A stretch of DNA of 64,000 nucleotides from an uncultured Gemmatimonadales bacterium (lineage in GTDB: Bacteria > Gemmatimonadota > Gemmatimonadetes > Gemmatimonadales > Gemmatimonadaceae): the NCBI GenBank assembly GCA_963701965.1, contig OY969695.1:3680001-3744000 (forward strand). Direction: 5' to 3'. The position numbers were made by a program, and so were the translations under genes. Below, piece by piece: positions 57,904 to 64,000 of the stretch; positions within the stretch are counted from its first letter, which is position 1, and each line of letters begins with the position of its first letter. The notes below the pieces were generated by a model, which did no database searches, was not told the origin of the DNA, and saw only the letters and a program-made list of their open reading frames with translations.

Positions 57904-60657
57904 CTAGCGCCCGATCCAGTAGCTGTACTTGATGATGAAGATGTTGTCCGGGATCGACCGGAAAAGCTCGTTCCCGCCGTGGTTGAGCGAGAAGTCGGCC
58001 GTCAATGTGTAAAGGTTCGTGTTCGAGCGCGTTTGCTGCCAGACGAAATAAATGGTCGACCCGCGCCGGTACTCCCACCGGAGCACGCCGTTACCGCGGA
58101 GCATCCGCGTGTTGAAGTCGGGGTTCCAGATCTCGTAGGGGGTCGCGCTCCCGGCCGGGTTCACGGACAGGTCCCCATTCGGGAGCATCCGTGACGCGTC
58201 GACAGTCGTCGGCAGCTGACGCGGGTGATTGAACTCCTTGAAATCGTAGTAGTGCCCCGTGCCGAGCAGCGGCTGCGCGTACACCTGCAGACTCAGGGAC
58301 GGCGTGAACGTGATGTTGAGCCGCGTGTCCATCGACAAGGTCGACTGATGGATCGACGCGAAGAGATAGCGGTTGCCGTCGAACACGCGTGCCGATCCGG
58401 AATCCCCGCGCACCGCGGCCAGCGTGGTGTCGTATTGATTGTTGGTCCAGTACACGTCGAGCGACGGTCCGAGGCTGAACGTCACCATCGAGGCGGGCTT
58501 GAACAACAGCGTCACCCTCGGCGTCCACTCCCAGGACGGCGCGTCGAGACCATAGGAGTGCTCGACGGCGGCCGTGAGCACCACGCCCCGGCGCGCGTCC
58601 GTGCTGACGGTCGTGAAAACGTCGTTGAACCCTCGGCGCTTGAAGACGGGACCGCCGCGCGCGATCTGATCATCCAGCACGGTGGGATGGTGGAGGACGA
58701 ATGTCCCGAACTGCCAGAAATTTGGAAAGGTCATGTTGAAATTGACTTGGTACTGCTGATCGTTCATGTCCCCGTCGAAGTTGTATTGCCGCTGCGTCCC
58801 GACATCGATGTAGAGCGCGCGATACCACGAGTGCGGATGGGTCCACTGTCGCACCAGGTTTGCCCCGAACCACTGGTAGTCCGCCCGGCGCTGAAAGGCA
58901 AGATCGTTGACCTCGAATCCCGGGCTCCGGATGTTCGACTGGACTTCCCACAGCCAGTCGCCGTTGTCCTTGCCGAGCCGGAGATAGCTGCCCCAGCCCC
59001 TGAGGGATGTCGCCGTGGTGTCGTACCGGTCGTTGAAGAATCCGCCAGAGAGATCGTGCCGGTCCGGCCGCTCGAAGTAGTGGGCGCTCGACTGCATCGT
59101 GTGAGCGATTGCCGACGCGCTGCCCGCCACGTTGGACATCGCGACGCTCCCCATGAGCGAGTAGTTGCGGTGGCTCCACGTGTGCATGAAATCGACGCCG
59201 CCGGCTTCGGCGTGGGTGTGCAGACTGTCGCGCAGGGTATCGGTGTCGAGACGCCGCACCGTCGACGTCACCATCGCGCCAACGACCGTCGCACCATCGC
59301 GCAGGTCCTTTTTGATGCGTCCGACAAAATAGTTGCTCATCGGCTCGACGATAGTCCGCCAGCGCAGGGTATCGTTGGCGGGCGCGCCGATGAAATGGGC
59401 GCTCTCTTGGTTCGTGACGGCGTCGAGGAGGCCGACGGAGAATCCGTCGTGCGTGCGGCCGGTGACTTTGGCGGCGCCCAGGATCTGGGTATTCCCCGGA
59501 ATGCTGTAGTATTCCGTCGCCGGGTTGTCCAGAATGCCGCCGGACAGCTGCGGCACGCGCCCGACCCGCCGCGAGTAGAAGAGACTCATGCCCTCGACGT
59601 TGCTACAGAACTGGCAATTGAAGCCGCCGAAGTCGAAGGACTGGGCACCGGAGACGAAGAACGGCCGCTTCTCAGGGTAGAAGGTCTCGAATGGGCTCAG
59701 ATTGATGACCGCGGGGTCGAGGTCGACCTGGCCGAAGTCGGGATTCACGGTTGCATCCAGCGTGAGACTCGAGTTGATCAAGTACTTGAGGTCACCTCCC
59801 ACGCGGAACTGCTGACGATTGACGGGATCCACGGGATTGCCGCGATTGAGTCCTGTGGCCTCTTCCTGGGCCAGGGTATACGGCACGACCTCGAGCTGGT
59901 GGGGCTGATGTCCAATGGCGAGGCCGGTCAGGTGACCGAAGCGGGACGCGCCGCCGGCCTCGCTGCGCGGATAGAACGCCCACTGATCGCGCTCGTTCAG
60001 CCGATCAATGACCCGGACGATCTGCACGCCCCACGTTTGGACGCTGTCGCTCGAGTAGCGGAGCTGCGAGAACGGGATGCGGATCTCGGCAGTCCACCCG
60101 AGCGAATCGATCTTCGTGGAGACCTCCCAAATGGGGTCCCACGAGGGATCGAGACAATTCGTGCCAACCGCGAATTGGTCGCCGATGACACCGGAGGGAT
60201 TCACGTCGAAGACCGCGCGCGTGAGGTGGTCGTGATAGGGGTCCAACGTGATGGTCAGCTTGTCGGACGTGATCTGCGCGCCGGGGCCACAGTCCGGGTC
60301 CAGGAGATCGTCGCGGCGCGCCAAGCGCGCGCGCACGCCGCGCGCGCCAAGGGAGTCGTACATGCGCGCGCCGATATAGAGCGCCTCGTCATCATAGAGA
60401 AACCGAATCTCGGTCCGCTGTGTCCCGGGAGGTCCCTCGGCCGGCTGGGTCTGAAAGAACTGCGTCACCGGCATGGCCGCTTGCCACGCCGCCTCGTCGA
60501 GCACGCCGTCGAGCGTGATCGACCCGGTGAGGCGGGCCGCCTCGGCCACCGGCGGCGGCGTGAGATGCACGAAGCGCCCACCGGTCTGCGCCGCCAAGGG
60601 AGTGGAGAAGAGAAGACCGACCCAGGCACTACCCCAGGCGAAACCAGAGCGCGACAC
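57904..60657 (-). CDS. CBM9-like + DUF5916 outer-membrane protein
   Basis: LDGVLDEAAW, WTAEIRIPFSQLRY, LDATVNPDFGQV, ETFYPEKRPFF, FYSRRVG, C-terminal IKYSYW. Confidence 0.85.
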   Translation of the reverse strand: MSRSGFAWGSAWVGLLFSTPLAAQTGGRFVHLTPPPVAEAARLTGSITLDGVLDEAAWQAAMPVTQFFQTQPAEGPPGTQRTEIRFLYDDEALYIGARMYDSLGARGVRARLARRDDLLDPDCGPGAQITSDKLTITLDPYHDHLTRAVFDVNPSGVIGDQFAVGTNCLDPSWDPIWEVSTKIDSLGWTAEIRIPFSQLRYSSDSVQTWGVQIVRVIDRLNERDQWAFYPRSEAGGASRFGHLTGLAIGHQPHQLEVVPYTLAQEEATGLNRGNPVDPVNRQQFRVGGDLKYLINSSLTLDATVNPDFGQVDLDPAVINLSPFETFYPEKRPFFVSGAQSFDFGGFNCQFCSNVEGMSLFYSRRVGRVPQLSGGILDNPATEYYSIPGNTQILGAAKVTGRTHDGFSVGLLDAVTNQESAHFIGAPANDTLRWRTIVEPMSNYFVGRIKKDLRDGATVVGAMVTSTVRRLDTDTLRDSLHTHAEAGGVDFMHTWSHRNYSLMGSVAMSNVAGSASAIAHTMQSSAHYFERPDRHDLSGGFFNDRYDTTATSLRGWGSYLRLGKDNGDWLWEVQSNIRSPGFEVNDLAFQRRADYQWFGANLVRQWTHPHSWYRALYIDVGTQRQYNFDGDMNDQQYQVNFNMTFPNFWQFGTFVLHHPTVLDDQIARGGPVFKRRGFNDVFTTVSTDARRGVVLTAAVEHSYGLDAPSWEWTPRVTLLFKPASMVTFSLGPSLDVYWTNNQYDTTLAAVRGDSGSARVFDGNRYLFASIHQSTLSMDTRLNITFTPSLSLQVYAQPLLGTGHYYDFKEFNHPRQLPTTVDASRMLPNGDLSVNPAGSATPYEIWNPDFNTRMLRGNGVLRWEYRRGSTIYFVWQQTRSNTNLYTLTADFSLNHGGNELFRSIPDNIFIIKYSYWIGR

Positions 60658-60744
60658 GCCAGCTTGGACTCACCAAACACCGAAAAGGTTTGTTCGATCG
60701 CGCCGGTTTGCGTAGAATTGGACACCCTCAAACCCCTCGTGCCC

Positions 60745-62145
60745 ATGTCACTCTCCCGTCTCGCCGCGAAACTGGTCCTGCGTCTCGCGACCGCCGGCGC
60801 GCTGGCCGCGCAGCAGCCGGGCGCCGCGTCCAGCCCCACGGTCACCGTGCTCCACGCCGCCCGACTCTTCGATGGCACGGGAGCCGCCCCGATTAGCGAC
60901 GCGGTGATCGTCGTAACCGGGGATCGCATCACGGCGGTCGGTCCGGCGTCCAAGGTGACGGTCCCCGCCGGTGCGCGGTCGGTCGACCTCGGCTCGGCGA
61001 CGTTGCTGCCGGGTTTCATCGACGCGCATACCCATATCATAGGTCGCGCGCTCAGCGACCCGATGTCGGATGAGGCGATCGTCAAAGACTACCAGAGCTA
61101 CGGCGCGATCGTCGGTGTCGCCAACGCGCGGAAGACGCTGTTGGGCGGATTCACATCGATCCGCAACGTCGGCGCGCCGGGGTTCGATGACATGGCGCTG
61201 CGGGCCGCGGTCGACGCGGATGTGGTGCCGGGGCCACGGATGGAGAACGCGGGGCACTCGTTCGGGATCACCGGCGGTCACTGCGACGAAAATGGATACC
61301 GGCCGGGTCTCGAGGATCGTGACTATCGCGATGGCGTCGCCGACGGACCGGAGGAGATCCGGAAAGCCGTGCGGTATCAGGTCAAATACGGCGCCGACGT
61401 GATCAAGATCTGCGCGTCCGGTGGCGTGCTCTCGATGGGCGACGCGGTGGGCGCGACGCAATACACGCTCGAGGAGATGCGGGCCGCGGTCGACGAGGCC
61501 AAGAAGCTGGGCCGCAAGGTCGCGGCCCATGCCCACGGGACGGAGTCGATCAAGCTCGCCGTCGAGGCCGGTGTCTCCTCGATCGAGCACGGATCGTTCC
61601 TCGACGAGGAAGGCGCCAAGATGATGGCGGCCAAGGGGACGTATCTCGTGCCGACCCTGAGCGCGGGTGAGACGGTCGAGAATGCGGCGAAGAGTGGCCG
61701 CCTCAAAGGACTGCGGGCCGAGAAAGCGCTGGCCGCCGCCCAGTCCATGCGGAACGCCGTCAAGCTGGCCATCAAAGACAACGTGCCCATCGCGCTCGGC
61801 ACCGACGCGGGCGTCGGCGACCATGGCGTCAACGCGCGCGAGTTCCGGCTCATGGTGGACTGGGGCGGCATGACGCCCACCCAGTCGCTCGTCGCCGGTA
61901 CGTCGAGCGCCGCCAAGCTGCTCGGCTGGCAGGACAAGGTCGGGACGCTCGAGGCCAACAAGTACGCCGATATCGTCGCCGTGCCGGGAGATCCGACCAA
62001 GGACATCACGCTGACCGAGCGGGTCACTTTTGTGATGAAAGGGGGCAAGATCTACAAGGGGCCCGAGGGCATGCAGACCGTGCTCGATGGCCCGAACCCC
62101 CACGGCCAGCCCGTGAACGCCGCCGCCGTAGCACGGGAGTTTTAG
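60745..62145 (+). CDS. Secreted amidohydrolase (prolidase/Xaa-Pro dipeptidase-like)
   Basis: PGFIDAHTH, GADVIK, AAHAHG, SIEHG, GTDAG, ADIVAV.GDP; start 60745 (the upstream part of the 1306-aa ORF is antisense shadow). Confidence 0.92.
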   Translation: MSLSRLAAKLVLRLATAGALAAQQPGAASSPTVTVLHAARLFDGTGAAPISDAVIVVTGDRITAVGPASKVTVPAGARSVDLGSATLLPGFIDAHTHIIGRALSDPMSDEAIVKDYQSYGAIVGVANARKTLLGGFTSIRNVGAPGFDDMALRAAVDADVVPGPRMENAGHSFGITGGHCDENGYRPGLEDRDYRDGVADGPEEIRKAVRYQVKYGADVIKICASGGVLSMGDAVGATQYTLEEMRAAVDEAKKLGRKVAAHAHGTESIKLAVEAGVSSIEHGSFLDEEGAKMMAAKGTYLVPTLSAGETVENAAKSGRLKGLRAEKALAAAQSMRNAVKLAIKDNVPIALGTDAGVGDHGVNAREFRLMVDWGGMTPTQSLVAGTSSAAKLLGWQDKVGTLEANKYADIVAVPGDPTKDITLTERVTFVMKGGKIYKGPEGMQTVLDGPNPHGQPVNAAAVAREF

Positions 62146-62211
62146 GCCGGGCGCTTCGCGCCGGCCAAAACTCGGTTGTTGGAAAGGCACTCGGCTGTCG
62201 CCGAGTTGCCT
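62137..62211. repeat. Variant, inverted copy of the double-hairpin element
   Basis: GAGTTTT-A-GGCCGG-G-CGC-TTC-GCG-CCGGCC-AAAACTC includes the amidohydrolase last codons and stop; then GGTTGTTGGAA; then AGGCA-CTCGGC-TGTC-GCCGAG-T-TGCCT. Confidence 0.65.
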
Positions 62212-62296
62212 CCACCTTTCGGTGCAGGGAGGCTTGGACGTTACCATCCGGCCGGCCGGCGCGTGTCTGTTGTGAAGCGCCTATCCCCCTGGATCC

Positions 62297-63823
62297 GTGG
62301 ACTATTCGGTAACCTTCGCCCGTCATTTTTCCCGGCTCGTCTGGCTTCTGGCCCACGAGCCGGATTCCGTCGACGAGCAAAAGGCCGCGTTGCGCGCCTC
62401 GGTCACCGTGTCCCGCGAGGGCATCGTGACCATGCGCGCCGAGGGCGGCCAACTGGTGGTCAACGGCACGGCCCTGCCTGAGGCCCTGACCGGCGTCCAG
62501 GACATCGTCACGCTGTTTACCGGCCACTCGGTGAACGACATGGTCGTCGACCTGGGAGCGCTGCCGTCCGACATTCTGGGCACGGCGCGCATTCTGGCGC
62601 TGGCGCCAGTGCCGAACGACGGTGGCCGCGAGGTCGACGCCAAGCTCCGCGCGCTCGCCCCGCGCACCGTGCGGGTGTCGTTCCGCCGCCCGCCCCGGGT
62701 GTCCATCCCCACGCCGGCTCTGGTGCTGCCTCTTCCGGAAAAAATCGATCTGTTCACGCACGACGTGACGAACGAGATCGTGCGCGAGTTCACGCACGTC
62801 GAGCGTCCCAAGGAATCCGCCGACGAAGTCTTCGCCAAGCTCAATGCCACGAACTCCGTCTCGGCGACGTCCCGGCTGCTCGATCAGCTGGTCGTGCTGA
62901 TCGAGGCCAGTGTGCGGGAGGCCAAGCCGAACACGGTGGGCGATCTCTTTCACAAGATCGTCACCCGCGAAGCGGCCAAAGCCGATCCCGAGGTCAAACG
63001 CGCGTACGGCGCCGCGATTCGGCGGCTCTGCAAACCAACGGTCTTGCGCGCCGTGGCCGGGATCCTGCCGCGCCGCAAGGACCGCGTCACCGACTATCTC
63101 GCCGTCCTGGCCCGCGCGGGCGAGGAAGGCGCCGAGGCCCTCATCGAACAGCTGACCGCGGCGCAATCATTGTCCGACCGCCGCGCGTTCTTCGACGGTC
63201 TGGTGACGCTCAAGGCCGGCGCCCCCACGCTGACGCACATGCTCGGCGACGCGCGCTGGTACGTCGCGCGCAACGCGGCCGATCTCCTGGGCGAGCTGAA
63301 CGTCGTCGAGGCCGAGGGTCCCCTCGCCGATCTCCTGCGCCACGACGACGATCGGGTGCGCCGTGCGGCGACGAATGCGCTGGCCAAACTCGCCACGCCC
63401 CAGGCGCGGCTCGCGCTCAAGAGGGCGCTCAAAGACACGTCGCCGCAGGTCCGTGCCACCGCGGCCGCCGGTCTCGTCGGCAAGAACGGCAAGGAAACCG
63501 CGGCCACGCTCCTCCGGGCGCTCGACAACGAGCCCGATCTCGAGGTCCAGATCGCGATCCTGGGCGCCCTCGGCCGGATGGCCGATCCCGAGTCGATCGA
63601 TCGTCTCATCAAGGCGGCCGAGCCCGACGGCCGGCTGTTTCGGCGCAAGCCCGGGGCGTTTCGGATCGCCGCCGTCACCGCGCTCGGCGACGCCCGCACG
63701 CCCGCCGCGCTGTCGGCGTTGCAGGAGCTGGCCAACGATCGCGACAAGGACGTGCGCGACGCGGCGTCCCGCGCCCTCGAAGGCCCGCTGCGTCGCTCGA
63801 GCGGCTCCCGGCAGTTCGCTTAA
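62297..63823 (+). CDS. HEAT repeat protein
   Basis: LGDARWYVARNAADLLG, DDRVRRAA, SPQVRATAA, DKDVRDAA repeats. Confidence 0.85.
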   Translation: MDYSVTFARHFSRLVWLLAHEPDSVDEQKAALRASVTVSREGIVTMRAEGGQLVVNGTALPEALTGVQDIVTLFTGHSVNDMVVDLGALPSDILGTARILALAPVPNDGGREVDAKLRALAPRTVRVSFRRPPRVSIPTPALVLPLPEKIDLFTHDVTNEIVREFTHVERPKESADEVFAKLNATNSVSATSRLLDQLVVLIEASVREAKPNTVGDLFHKIVTREAAKADPEVKRAYGAAIRRLCKPTVLRAVAGILPRRKDRVTDYLAVLARAGEEGAEALIEQLTAAQSLSDRRAFFDGLVTLKAGAPTLTHMLGDARWYVARNAADLLGELNVVEAEGPLADLLRHDDDRVRRAATNALAKLATPQARLALKRALKDTSPQVRATAAAGLVGKNGKETAATLLRALDNEPDLEVQIAILGALGRMADPESIDRLIKAAEPDGRLFRRKPGAFRIAAVTALGDARTPAALSALQELANDRDKDVRDAASRALEGPLRRSSGSRQFA

Positions 63824-63872
63824 GGTCTACCTGTCGCCGGATATCGCCCCAGCCTAAGCTCGAGGCACGGCG

Positions 63873-64000
63873 ATGATCAGCACCGAAACGCACTTCTCGT
63901 GGATGCGCACGCGGATGAGCGTCGAACGCACCTTGCTGTCCTGGGTGCGCACGGCCACTGCGCTCATCGGTTTCGGTTTCGCACTCTACCAGTTCTTCGA
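63873..64000 (+). CDS. DUF202/YidH family membrane protein (partial, runs off window end)
   Basis: Manual translation MISTETHFSWMRTRMSVERTLLSWVRTATALIGFGFALYQFF; ERT...W.RT motif; GAGG upstream. Confidence 0.85.
   Translation, partial: MISTETHFSWMRTRMSVERTLLSWVRTATALIGFGFALYQFF

Noticed and set aside
58225..60744. N-terminal extension making a 1306-aa amidohydrolase
   Set aside because: It is antisense to the DUF5916-like gene; a signal peptide starts at 60745.

Overview
High-GC bacterial chromosomal segment with about 55 tightly packed CDS. The gene set and style suggest Gemmatimonadota (inference only). Most of it is housekeeping: 2-oxoacid dehydrogenase E1 (partial), HIT, MarR, glutamine-dependent NAD synthetase, PBP1A, Lon, two Ser/Thr kinases, a LeuD-LeuC/aconitase-type fusion, DEAD and DExH helicases, an M1 aminopeptidase, DacB, a caa3 oxidase operon, LeuRS, an ECF sigma module, TetR-TolC-HlyD, cyclophilin, Nth, a DUF5916-like protein and an amidohydrolase. 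No rRNA, tRNA, CRISPR array, transposase or integrase was seen. Main signals: (1) a three-gene unit encoding a secreted six-Cys peptide with near potato-carboxypeptidase-inhibitor knottin spacing, translationally coupled to a DsbA-like oxidoreductase and followed by an ADOP-type orphan permease (21814-25143); (2) a dispersed hairpin-TGTCCAACCGAC-hairpin element at gene 3' ends, with locus-specific stems that can copy the neighbouring gene end (1401-1604 as three tandem units, 12402-12470, 62137-62211); (3) a DUF3800 gene followed by a three-way-junction RNA-like structure; (4) a foreign-looking RxxxxH (HEPN-like) gene bracketed by degenerate attC-like sites; (5) a DExH helicase with motif Ia placed before Walker A; (6) a coupled adhesin-kinase-TPR-beta-barrel operon. 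Several single-base insertions look like assembly errors.
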